A stretch of DNA of 17,376 bases, from the IMG/VR virus record IMGVR_UViG_2541047431_000017. One strand, 5' to 3'. The DNA comes from a virus. Taxonomy: Duplodnaviria > Heunggongvirae > Uroviricota > Caudoviricetes. The position numbers and the translations under genes are program-made. The notes under the pieces were generated by a model, which worked only from the letters and a program-made list of their open reading frames with translations, made no database searches and was not told the origin of the DNA. Below, piece by piece: positions 7,518 to 14,972 of the stretch. The stretch's first letter is position 1. Each line of letters starts with the position of its first letter.

Positions 7518-7545
7518 ACCCGCTTCGGCGGGTTTTTGTTTTTAT
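7518..7545 (+). terminator. intrinsic terminator (hok mRNA 3' end)
   Basis: ACCCGC-ttcg-GCGGGT hairpin followed by TTTTTGTTTTTATTTT. Confidence 0.6.
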
Positions 7546-7668
7546 TTTCAACGCGTTTGAAGTTCCGGACGGCGCCGGAATAGAATCAAAAATACTTAAG
7601 TAGCGCGCAGGGAGAAGAGGGATGGACCCCGAACAGGGGAGTGCTATTTATCTGGAAGGATTCTGTTG

Positions 7669-7926
7669 ATGAGAATCGAAGAATTACGTGAAATTTTTAG
7701 TGAAGATGGCCTCTATACTGTGCGCGTTGAGAAGGGCGCTATTGTCAGCCACTGCCGTATTAAATGTTTACAGTCTCAACAAAGGAAGAGTGGAGCTGCG
7801 TTAATTCATTTTGTGGATGGGCTTGTGACGGATGGTTTTATTTTGCGTGCAAATGAATTTGTCACATCGTTGCCGTCTCTGAAAGAAGCTGGGATTAAGG
7901 CTGGTTTTTCTGCTTTTGAAGATTAG
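7669..7926 (+). CDS. small hypothetical phage protein (positionally equivalent to rem of Qin-type prophages)
   Basis: ATG at 7669 (the ORF track starts 3 nt earlier at TTG) with a GGAAGGA SD-like motif upstream. 85 aa. Function unknown; the rem comparison is positional only. Confidence 0.45.
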   Translation: MRIEELREIFSEDGLYTVRVEKGAIVSHCRIKCLQSQQRKSGAALIHFVDGLVTDGFILRANEFVTSLPSLKEAGIKAGFSAFED

Positions 7927-7995
7927 TGAATTCATCTACAATTCAGCGCAGGGCTGAACCCCTGTTGAGTAACACTGTGCCACCGGAGAAAGCCG

Positions 7996-8274
7996 ATGGC
8001 GCAAAATTCCAGACTACACAATTCTGATAATTCAGCCGTCTTTGCCAGCAGGCACGGGCGGCGTTCTCATGCATTCAAATCTGACTGGTTCCGGCACGCC
8101 CCATGCACTGAAGAACAGGCCGAATGGCTGATTCAGAACTACCGCAGACGTGGGTATGAGTTTAGGAAAGCCCTCAGCCTCGATTATCGTCACTGGATAA
8201 TCTACGTCAGGCTGCCGTACTCCGAGCGCCCACCGCGTCCGTCCCGCACATTCCAGCAACGCATCTGGAGGTAA
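7996..8274 (+). CDS. small hypothetical protein
   Basis: 92-aa ORF with a GGAG motif 8 nt upstream of the ATG. Its stop sits in the SD of the next gene. Basic, Arg-rich; no family recognised. Confidence 0.4.
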   Translation: MAQNSRLHNSDNSAVFASRHGRRSHAFKSDWFRHAPCTEEQAEWLIQNYRRRGYEFRKALSLDYRHWIIYVRLPYSERPPRPSRTFQQRIWR

Positions 8275-8275
8275 C

Positions 8276-9322
8276 GTGCGGGTATTACTTCGACCTGTTC
8301 CGGTACCGGAACTTGGGGTGGTGGTCCTTAAACCAGGCCGTGAATCCATGCAGGTATTCCATAACCCTCGAGTGCTTGTGGAGCCGGAGCCGAAAAGCAT
8401 GCGCGGTCTGCCGTCCGGCATCGTCCCTGCCGTTCGCCAGCCGCTGGCGGAGGATAAATCATTACTGCCGTTTTTCAGCAATGAGCGTGTGATTCGTGCT
8501 GTTGGTGGCGCTGGTGCACTGTCTGACTGGCTGTTGCGTCATGTCAAATCCTGCCAGTGGCCTCATGGTGACTATCATCACAGTGAAACCGTTATTCACC
8601 GTTATGGTACCGGCGCAATGGTGTTGTGCTGGCACTGCGACAACCAGCTGCGTGACCAGACATCCGAATCACTCGAGCAACTTGCTCATCAAAACCTGTC
8701 AGCATGGATGATTGACGTCATCGGTCACGCAATAAGCGGTACGCAGGAGCGTGAATTATCTCTGGCTGAATTATCCTGGTGGGCGGTCCGCAATCAGGTG
8801 GCGGACGCGCTACCGGAAGCGGTATTACGTCGTTCGCTGGGGTTGCGTGCGGAAAAAATCCGCTCAATGTACCGTGAAAGCGACATCGTACCGGGAGAGC
8901 AGACCGCCACCATCATACTGAAGCAGCGCACAAAAAATCTTGCGCCGCTGCCTCACGCCCACCAGCAAAACCCACCACAGGAAAAGACGGTGGTCAGCAT
9001 TGCCGTTGATCCGGAGTCTCCGGAATCCTTCATGAAACGACCTAAACGTCGCCGCTGGGTAAATGAGAAATACACACGCTGGGTAAAGACACAGCCGTGT
9101 GCGTGTTGTGGTAAGCCAGCGGACGATCCTCATCATCTGATTGGTCATGGTCAGGGCGGAATGGGAACAAAATCCCACGATATTTTCACGCTACCGCTGT
9201 GTCGGGAGCATCACAACGAGCTTCATGCGGATCCGCTGGCGTTCGAAGAAAAGCATGGTTCCCAGGTTGATTTAATTTTTCGTTTTCTTGATCACGCCTT
9301 TGCGACTGGCGTGCTCGGGTAA
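8276..9322 (+). CDS. DUF968-family protein (YdfU-like) with C-terminal Cys/His HNH-like motif
   Basis: GTG start at 8276 preceded by GGAGG. C-terminus CACCGKPADDPHHLIGHGQGGMGTKSHDIFTLPLCREHHNELH resembles an HNH/zinc-finger motif. Lies upstream of rusA as ydfU does in Qin-type prophages. Confidence 0.55.
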   Translation: MRVLLRPVPVPELGVVVLKPGRESMQVFHNPRVLVEPEPKSMRGLPSGIVPAVRQPLAEDKSLLPFFSNERVIRAVGGAGALSDWLLRHVKSCQWPHGDYHHSETVIHRYGTGAMVLCWHCDNQLRDQTSESLEQLAHQNLSAWMIDVIGHAISGTQERELSLAELSWWAVRNQVADALPEAVLRRSLGLRAEKIRSMYRESDIVPGEQTATIILKQRTKNLAPLPHAHQQNPPQEKTVVSIAVDPESPESFMKRPKRRRWVNEKYTRWVKTQPCACCGKPADDPHHLIGHGQGGMGTKSHDIFTLPLCREHHNELHADPLAFEEKHGSQVDLIFRFLDHAFATGVLG

Positions 9323-9334
9323 AAGAGGTGACTG

Positions 9335-9694
9335 ATGCTCATAGATTTGGTTTTACCTTACCCGCCGACGGTGAACACTTACTGGCGACGCCGTGGCAGC
9401 ACATATTTTGTATCAAAAGCCGGGGAGCGTTATCGCCGGGCAGTGGTGCTTATTGTTCGCCAGCAGCGACTGAAATTAAGCCTGTCCGGACGGCTGGCAA
9501 TAAAAATTATTGCAGAGCCACCGGATAAGCGTCGTCGTGACCTGGACAATATTCTGAAAGCACCGCTGGATGCGCTGACGCATGCGGGAGTGTTAATGGA
9601 CGATGAGCAGTTTGATGAAATCAATATTGTACGTGGTCAGCCAGTATCTGGTGGACGGCTGGGTGTGAAGATTTACAAAATTGAGAGTGAGTGA
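9335..9694 (+). CDS. rusA: RusA Holliday-junction resolvase
   Basis: 119-aa product (MLIDLVLPYPPTVNTYWRRRG...DLDNILKAPLDALTHAGVLMDDEQFDEI) matches the RusA family. Typical nin-region position upstream of Q. Confidence 0.85.
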   Translation: MLIDLVLPYPPTVNTYWRRRGSTYFVSKAGERYRRAVVLIVRQQRLKLSLSGRLAIKIIAEPPDKRRRDLDNILKAPLDALTHAGVLMDDEQFDEINIVRGQPVSGGRLGVKIYKIESE

Positions 9695-9702
9695 GCGTAA
9701 AT

Positions 9703-10233
9703 ATGATATATCCGGAAATTACAGGCAAAAGCGGCGAACATTTACGCCTGAACACGCTGGAAGCAGTCTGGATCCAGGGGAAATTACGGATGTGGGGGCG
9801 GTGGTCGTATATCGGTGGGGGTAAATCCGGAAATATGTTTAACCGGTTACTGGTTTCGAAAAAGCTGACGAAAACAGCAGTTAATGAGGTTTTACGCAGC
9901 ATGAAGAAATCCGGGCTGGAAAAACCGGAACTTGAGGCATTTTTTCGGGATATGACCAGAGGGAAGCAGAAGAGCTGGTTGTCACATTGTACAGACACAG
10001 AGGCGTTGATTATTGATCGCGTTATCAGTGAGGTGCTTGGGGAATATCCCGGGCTAATCAATATTCTCCGGCAAAGGTACGAAGGACGGGGAATGAGTAA
10101 GAGAAAAATGGCAGAATGTTTAAATCGTACTCACCCGGAATGGTGTTTCAGCACATGTGAGAAACGTATTGCAGGTTGGTTAGCCGTGGCTGAACACATG
10201 CTTTATGTACCTATGCACGATTCATTTCGATAA
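9703..10233 (+). CDS. late-gene antiterminator Q-like protein
   Basis: ATG at 9703 (alternative GTG at 9691 overlaps the rusA stop). Last gene before a terminator-rich non-coding region that precedes the late genes. Weak resemblance to Q proteins (LRMWGRW motif). Assignment is largely positional. Confidence 0.5.
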   Translation: MIYPEITGKSGEHLRLNTLEAVWIQGKLRMWGRWSYIGGGKSGNMFNRLLVSKKLTKTAVNEVLRSMKKSGLEKPELEAFFRDMTRGKQKSWLSHCTDTEALIIDRVISEVLGEYPGLINILRQRYEGRGMSKRKMAECLNRTHPEWCFSTCEKRIAGWLAVAEHMLYVPMHDSFR

Positions 10234-10328
10234 AAAAAGCTTGCTTTTTTACGCAGAAACAGCTTGAATTCCTGTAAGCTTCGCAAAGCTGTATCGCGAG
10301 GCGAAATGCAAGTTTTTTCGCACAAGGA

Positions 10329-10351
10329 AGCCACCGGAAGGTGGTTTTTTT
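10329..10351 (+). terminator. intrinsic terminator (tR'-like) in the late leader downstream of Q
   Basis: CCACC-ggaa-GGTGG hairpin followed by TTTTTTT. Confidence 0.55.
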
Positions 10352-10474
10352 GTGTCCGTAATATACAGCAGCGCAATAAATTCGCTGGTGGTTATTAATA
10401 CCGTTCTTTCAGGTTGCTGGCTTTTTCGACAAGAGTTATTGGTGTGTCACGTTAACCGGAAAAGGGAAAAAGAC

Positions 10475-10672
10475 ATGCTGAAACAGCAGGATATGACAGA
10501 AACCGCCAGAGTGGTGTTTAATGAATTAAGCGTTACCGACCCGGCGACAGTCGGGGAGATTGCGCAGAATACTTACCTTTCACGCGAACGCTGCCAGTTA
10601 ATACTGACCCAGCTGGTTATGGCGGGTCTGGCAGACTATCAGTTTGGTTGTTACAGACGCCTTCAGTCCTGA
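10475..10672 (+). CDS. small hypothetical protein (possible winged-helix DNA-binding fold)
   Basis: ATG at 10475 (MLKQQDMTETARVVFNELSVTDPATVGEIAQNTYLSRERCQLILTQLVMAGLADY...). The ORF-track GTG start at 10352 falls inside the upstream terminator and is unlikely. Confidence 0.4.
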   Translation: MLKQQDMTETARVVFNELSVTDPATVGEIAQNTYLSRERCQLILTQLVMAGLADYQFGCYRRLQS

Positions 10673-10686
10673 AGGCTTTTTTATTT
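10659..10686 (+). terminator. intrinsic terminator overlapping the stop of the small ORF
   Basis: GCCTTCA-gtcc-TGAAGGC hairpin followed by TTTTTTATTT. Confidence 0.5.
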
Positions 10687-10822
10687 GTGGTAAATGGGCG
10701 GCTGGTGGGTGTAAGGGGCACCCACCAGCCATCTGCTCATGCGTTGGGTTCACAAGCAAACCTCAGGCCCACTGCTTTGCGCAAAAGCAGAATGAGCCTA
10801 TCAGAGACAGGCTTAATGATCC

Positions 10823-11545
10823 ATGCTTAATACTGTAAAAATATCCAGTTGTGAGTTAATCAACGCCGACTGCCTGGAATTTATGCGGTCGTTACCCGAA
10901 AATTCTGTTGACCTGATAGTCACGGACCCGCCGTACTTCAAAGTGAAACCCGAGGGCTGGGATAACCAGTGGGCGGGTGATGAAGATTACCTGAAGTGGC
11001 TGGACCAGTGTCTTGCGCAGTTCTGGCGGGTGCTGAAACCTGCCGGAAGTCTTTACCTGTTCTGTGGCCATCGTCTGGCATCTGACACCGAAATCATGAT
11101 GCGTGAGCGGTTTAACGTGCTGAACCATATCATCTGGGCAAAGCCGTCCGGACGCTGGAACGGGTGCAACAAGGAAAGCCTGCGGGCGTATTTCCCCGCC
11201 ACAGAGCGCATTCTGTTCGCAGAGCATTATCAGGGGCCGTATCGTCCGAAAGATGCCGGGTATGAGGCGAAGGGTAGGACACTGAAACAGCATGTGATGG
11301 CCCCGCTGATTGCTTACTTTCGTGATGCGCGCGCTGTCCTGGGGATAACGGCAAAACAGATTGCAGATGCCACAGGAAAGAAAAACATGGTGTCGCACTG
11401 GTTCAGTGCCGGTCAGTGGCAGCTGCCGAACGAAAGCGATTATCTGAAATTACAGGCACTGTTTGCCCGGGTGGCAGAAGAGAAGCATCAGCGGGGTGAA
11501 CTGGAAAGCCCCACCACCAGCTGGTGGATACGTATGCCTCTCTGA
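10823..11545 (+). CDS. DNA methyltransferase (amino-MTase), N-terminal portion; gene apparently frameshifted
   Basis: DPPY catalytic motif (VDLIVTDPPYF). The frame ends at 11545 while the downstream ORF, in another frame, carries the AdoMet motif. Confidence 0.7.
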   Translation: MLNTVKISSCELINADCLEFMRSLPENSVDLIVTDPPYFKVKPEGWDNQWAGDEDYLKWLDQCLAQFWRVLKPAGSLYLFCGHRLASDTEIMMRERFNVLNHIIWAKPSGRWNGCNKESLRAYFPATERILFAEHYQGPYRPKDAGYEAKGRTLKQHVMAPLIAYFRDARAVLGITAKQIADATGKKNMVSHWFSAGQWQLPNESDYLKLQALFARVAEEKHQRGELESPTTSWWIRMPL

Positions 11546-11880
11546 ACCGACAGTATGCGGAGCTGCAGAGTGAATATAAGCATCTGCGGCGGTATTTCGG
11601 TGTGACGGTGCAGGTGCCGTACACCGATGTGTGGACGTATAAACCGGTGCAGTACTATCCAGGGAAACATCCGTGCGAAAAACCGGCAGAAATGTTGCAG
11701 CAGATAATCAGCGCAAGCAGTCGTCCGGGAGACCTGGTTGCAGATTTCTTCATGGGGTCGGGGTCGACAGTGAAAGCAGCGATGGCGCTGGGACGTCGTG
11801 CAACTGGCGTTGAACTGGAGACTGAACGTTTTGAGCAGACGGTGCGGGAAGTACAGGATTTAATCATTCGTAACGGATGA
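11524..11880 (+). CDS. DNA methyltransferase, C-terminal portion (AdoMet-binding FxGxG motif)
   Basis: Motif DFFMGSGST. This frame is open from 11500 and has only a GTG at 11524, so it reads as the continuation of the upstream ORF after a frame change between about 11500 and 11545. Confidence 0.7.
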   Translation: MDTYASLNRQYAELQSEYKHLRRYFGVTVQVPYTDVWTYKPVQYYPGKHPCEKPAEMLQQIISASSRPGDLVADFFMGSGSTVKAAMALGRRATGVELETERFEQTVREVQDLIIRNG

Positions 11881-11920
11881 GATTGCGGAGTTAATCATGC
11901 GTCGTTATTATTCAGCAATC

Positions 11921-11996
11921 GGCCCTTTAGCTCAGCGGTGAGAGCGAGCGACTCATAATCGCCAGGTCGCTGGTTCAAATCCAGCAAGGGCCACCA
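11921..11996 (+). tRNA. ileZ: tRNA-Ile2-like (anticodon CAU, ileX/ileZ type)
   Basis: Cloverleaf folded by hand: acceptor GGCCCTT/AAGGGCC, D-arm GCTC/GAGC, anticodon loop CTCATAA, T-arm GCTGG-TTCAAAT-CCAGC, encoded CCA. Close to E. coli ileX as I recall it. One A-C mismatch at the top of the anticodon stem. Confidence 0.8.
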
Positions 11997-11997
11997 A

Positions 11998-12063
11998 CCG
12001 CCACTAGCTCATCAGGAAAGAACGTCACCCTGTGCGAGATTCGGAGTCCCCGGTGGCGGTCCA
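11998..12063 (+). other. tRNA-like remnant (possible degenerate argN-type tRNA)
   Basis: Perfect 7-bp acceptor-like pairing (CCGCCAC / GTGGCGG) followed by T-CCA, but only 66 nt and the internal arms do not fold into a clean cloverleaf. Confidence 0.3.
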
Positions 12064-12076
12064 TTATCGGTATTCT

Positions 12077-12153
12077 GCGTTGTTAGCTCAGCCGGACAGA
12101 GCAATTGCCTTCTAAGCAATCGGTCACTGGTTCGAATCCAGTACAACGCACCA
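12077..12153 (+). tRNA. argO: tRNA-Arg (anticodon UCU)
   Basis: Acceptor GCGTTGT/ACAACGC, D-arm GCTC/GAGC, anticodon arm ATTGC-CTTCTAA-GCAAT, T-arm ACTGG-TTCGAAT-CCAGT, encoded CCA. Confidence 0.85.
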
Positions 12154-12471
12154 CACCACACTTATCTGCCCTGACTCTCTTTTGCGGGCTTTTTATTACA
12201 GGAAAGACACCGGACAGTGAAATGTTAAATGCCTCACAATTCAGGCAGTTGACTGTTGCCTGACATGCTGAGCGTTTGTTAAAAAAATCCTGCATGATGA
12301 ATCCCCCTGAGCGGCGGGGCATAATGACAGATGTTTGGTTGCGTATTGTATAGGCAAGTTGCGGATTCTGTCTGGTCATTGCAGAATTCACCGGGAGGCA
12401 CCCGGCATCATGCTGTATACAGAGATTAGGCATATATCCAGGCTTCTCATCGCAGGAGCCTTTTTACATGC

Positions 12472-12497
12472 AAAAAAAAGCCCGAGTGGGTTCGGGC
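12472..12497 (-). terminator. terminator-like hairpin oriented for the minus strand
   Basis: A8 run then GCCCGA-gtgggt-TCGGGC on the + strand, i.e. hairpin plus U-tract when read on the minus strand. Confidence 0.35.
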
Positions 12498-12557
12498 AAC
12501 AGCATGAGATACTTGCATTGTCATTTTTATCGTGTGGATTTTAACCAGGGTTTATAA

Positions 12558-12588
12558 GGCTGCGCAACTGCGCGGCCTTTTTCGTTTT
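12558..12588 (+). terminator. putative intrinsic terminator upstream of the esterase gene
   Basis: GGCTGCGC-aact-GCGCGGCC (one mismatch) followed by TTTTTCGTTTT. Confidence 0.4.
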
Positions 12589-12676
12589 GCGGGCTGCGGT
12601 TCTCCTCTTTTGATTCTCCTTGTGGCCGGACCGTGGCCCGCAACTGTTGAGGAAAATCCCGGAAAGGGGAGGAATA

Positions 12677-14527
12677 ATGACATTTAAACATTATGATGTT
12701 GTCAGGGCGGCGTCGCCGTCAGACCTTGCGGAAAAGCTGACACACAAACTGAAAGAGGGCTGGCAGCCGTTTGGTAGTCCGGTGGCCATAACCCCTTATA
12801 CCCTGATGCAGGTGATTACAGCAGAAGGTGATGTGGTGGTCAGTGGTGCAACTGAGCCGGATTGGTACTACGTCATCGTACTGGCCGGGCAGTCCAATGC
12901 CATGGCTTACGGTGAAGGGCTTCCGCTGCCGGATTCATACGATGCTCCGGATCCGCGCATTAAACAGCTGGCGCGCCGCAGTACAGTGACGCCGGGTGGG
13001 GCTGCCTGCAGATATAACGATATTATTCCGGCCGACCACTGCCTGCATGATGTGCAGGATATGAGTACGCTGAATCATCCGAAGGCAGACCTGAGCAAAG
13101 GGCAGTACGGCTGTGTCGGCCAGGGGTTACATATTGCCAAAAAACTGCTCCCGTATATCCCGAATAACGCGGGGATCCTGCTGGTACCATGCTGTCGTGG
13201 TGGTTCGGCATTTACCCAGGGCGCGGAGGGGACATTCAGCGAGTCCACGGGGGCCAGCCAGGATTCGGCACGCTGGGGGGTGGGCAAACCGTTATATCAG
13301 GACCTGATTGCCCGCACCAAAGCTGCATTACAGAAGAACCCGAAAAATGTGTTGCTGGCGGTGTGCTGGATGCAGGGAGAGTTTGACATGAGCGCCGCCA
13401 CCCACGCACAGCAACCTGCGCTGTTTACAGCCATGCTGACACAGTTTCGTGCTGACCTCTCCGTGTTTAACGCGCAGTGCCATGGTGGCAGTGCTGCAGA
13501 TGTGCCGTGGATTTGTGGTGACACGACGTATTACTGGAAAAATACATACGCTACCCAGTACGACACCGTGTACGGCGGGTATAAAAACAGGGAGAGTGAG
13601 GGCGTTTATTTTGTGCCCTTCATGACAGACGGTAACGGCGTCAATACCGCCACTAACGCGCCGGCAGAAGATCCGGATATTCCGGCATCAGGATATTACG
13701 GTGCGGCATCGAGAACGAATGGAAACCAGGTATCATCAAACCGCCCGACACATTTCAGTTCATGGGCGCGCAGGAGCATTATTCCGGATCGTATGGCAAC
13801 CGCTATTCTGAACGCAGCCGGGCGCACCTCAGCCTTCATCAGTGGTAAGGCACCGGAAATCAAACCCTCGCCCGGCGGCAACACGCCATCGGGTCCGTCT
13901 GCAGATACGTCCGTTCGCACAATCTCCCTGCTGCCGGCAGCCGGAGAGGCTGCTGCGCAGGGCTGGAGCATTAAGGATGGCGGAATTCAGTTGTCAGATG
14001 GTGTATTTAAGATCACCAGGCAGAGCAATAAAACCTGGTCCCTGACGCATCCGGTGGATGACGCAATTACCCTGCTGACACAGGGCGGCAGACTGACCTG
14101 TAAGTTCCGCCTGTCAGGCGCACTGACCAACAATCAGTTCGGGCTGGGGATTTATCTGTATACGGATGCTCCCGTTCCTGATGGTGTGGCGATGACGGGT
14201 ACCGGTAATCCGTTCCTGATGTCGTACTTCACTCAGACCACTGACGGCAGAGTGAATCTGATGCATCACAGGAAAGCCGGAAACACGAAGCTGGGGGAGT
14301 TCGGCGATTACGGTAACGACTGGCAGACGCTGGAGCTGGTGTTCACCGCCGGCAGTGCCACGGTTACTCCGAAACTGAATGGAGTGGCTGGCCCGGCATT
14401 CCAGGTTATAAAAGACAGTCTGACACTGGGACTGAATGCGCTGACGCTGACGGATGTTACAAAAAATGCAGCGTATGGCGTTGAGATAGAAAGTCTGGTG
14501 CTGGAGATAAATGCACCGGCAGCATAA
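12677..14527 (+). CDS. prophage sialate O-acetylesterase, NanS-p-like (SGNH/SASA hydrolase with N-terminal DUF1737-type domain)
   Basis: ATG at 12677 with a GGGAGG SD (the ORF-track TTG start at 12620 is less likely). N-terminus MTFKHYDVVRAASPSDLAEKL... and the GQSNA catalytic motif. Occupies the position downstream of the tRNA cluster that Stx-phage nanS-p genes occupy. Confidence 0.75.
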   Translation: MTFKHYDVVRAASPSDLAEKLTHKLKEGWQPFGSPVAITPYTLMQVITAEGDVVVSGATEPDWYYVIVLAGQSNAMAYGEGLPLPDSYDAPDPRIKQLARRSTVTPGGAACRYNDIIPADHCLHDVQDMSTLNHPKADLSKGQYGCVGQGLHIAKKLLPYIPNNAGILLVPCCRGGSAFTQGAEGTFSESTGASQDSARWGVGKPLYQDLIARTKAALQKNPKNVLLAVCWMQGEFDMSAATHAQQPALFTAMLTQFRADLSVFNAQCHGGSAADVPWICGDTTYYWKNTYATQYDTVYGGYKNRESEGVYFVPFMTDGNGVNTATNAPAEDPDIPASGYYGAASRTNGNQVSSNRPTHFSSWARRSIIPDRMATAILNAAGRTSAFISGKAPEIKPSPGGNTPSGPSADTSVRTISLLPAAGEAAAQGWSIKDGGIQLSDGVFKITRQSNKTWSLTHPVDDAITLLTQGGRLTCKFRLSGALTNNQFGLGIYLYTDAPVPDGVAMTGTGNPFLMSYFTQTTDGRVNLMHHRKAGNTKLGEFGDYGNDWQTLELVFTAGSATVTPKLNGVAGPAFQVIKDSLTLGLNALTLTDVTKNAAYGVEIESLVLEINAPAA

Positions 14528-14800
14528 TAAAAAAAGCCAGCGACTGACCTGAAAGAAGACGCTGGCTAAAAGGCCTTATATGTTTGTAGAGACTTATTTT
14601 TCACAGACAGCAATGATGCCTGTCAATATATTATCAATATGCGGATTGTTTCAGTTACAGATGCTTTATTAAGGAAAAAAACAGCCAGCACTGACTTTCG
14701 GTGGAGAGGTGCTGGCTCAAAAGGATAGATGTACTTCACATGTTGCTTCTATATGGCAGTACATTTTCTGACAGACAGTGACGGATGTTGTCAAGATATT
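14527..14800. repeat. degenerate tandem duplication of a hairpin-containing unit of about 140 bp
   Basis: Two units each start with an A-run and a 7-9 bp GC-rich hairpin (14536-14566; 14661-14695) followed by aaaagg. Downstream parts align at about 70 percent (tcacagacagcaatgatgcctgtcaatatatt vs tctgacagacagtgacggatgttgtcaagatatt). Confidence 0.45.
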
Positions 14801-14891
14801 GTGTCATTTATAACCTGAATCGGGGGAGGCCGGAATGTTATCTGGCATTTTTAGCAGAGCCTGAATGCCATAATCACGGCTCCCGGCGTTG

Positions 14892-14928
14892 GCCGTCAGT
14901 GGGTGACACTGGCGGCTTTTTTGTTTTC
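14892..14928 (+). terminator. intrinsic terminator immediately upstream of the holin gene
   Basis: GCCGTCAGTG-ggtga-CACTGGCGGC (one mismatch) followed by TTTTTTGTTTT. Confidence 0.5.
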
Positions 14929-14972
14929 CTTTACTTTCATTTTCTGTCGGCGGTGACGGAGACATACACCAG

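Noticed and set aside
8032-8481. Minus-strand 149-aa ORF and others (8496..8711, 8864..9178, 9430..9624, 9621..10061) overlapping the DUF968, rusA and Q-like genes
   Set aside because: Alternative-frame or antisense to well-supported genes; no start signals.
10352-10474. GTG start at 10352 for the small ORF after tR'
   Set aside because: That start lies inside the terminator hairpin and T-tract. The ATG at 10475 is the more plausible start.
10644-10838. ORFs 10644..10838 and 10648..10830 in the hairpin-rich region before the methyltransferase
   Set aside because: They span two strong hairpins and overlap each other in different frames with no ribosome-binding site. Region treated as non-coding leader.
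12083-12544. ORFs 12083..12433 (minus) and 12335..12544 (plus) near the tRNAs
   Set aside because: The first overlaps the tRNA-Arg gene; both lie in a terminator-rich non-coding spacer with no start signals.
12154-12676. Searched for stxA/stxB between the tRNAs and the esterase gene
   Set aside because: Only about 520 bp of non-coding sequence with no ORF of stx size or character; stx is absent from this window.
13023-14045. Several 60-90 aa ORFs on both strands inside the esterase gene
   Set aside because: All are internal to the 616-aa esterase frame, which has coherent homology throughout.
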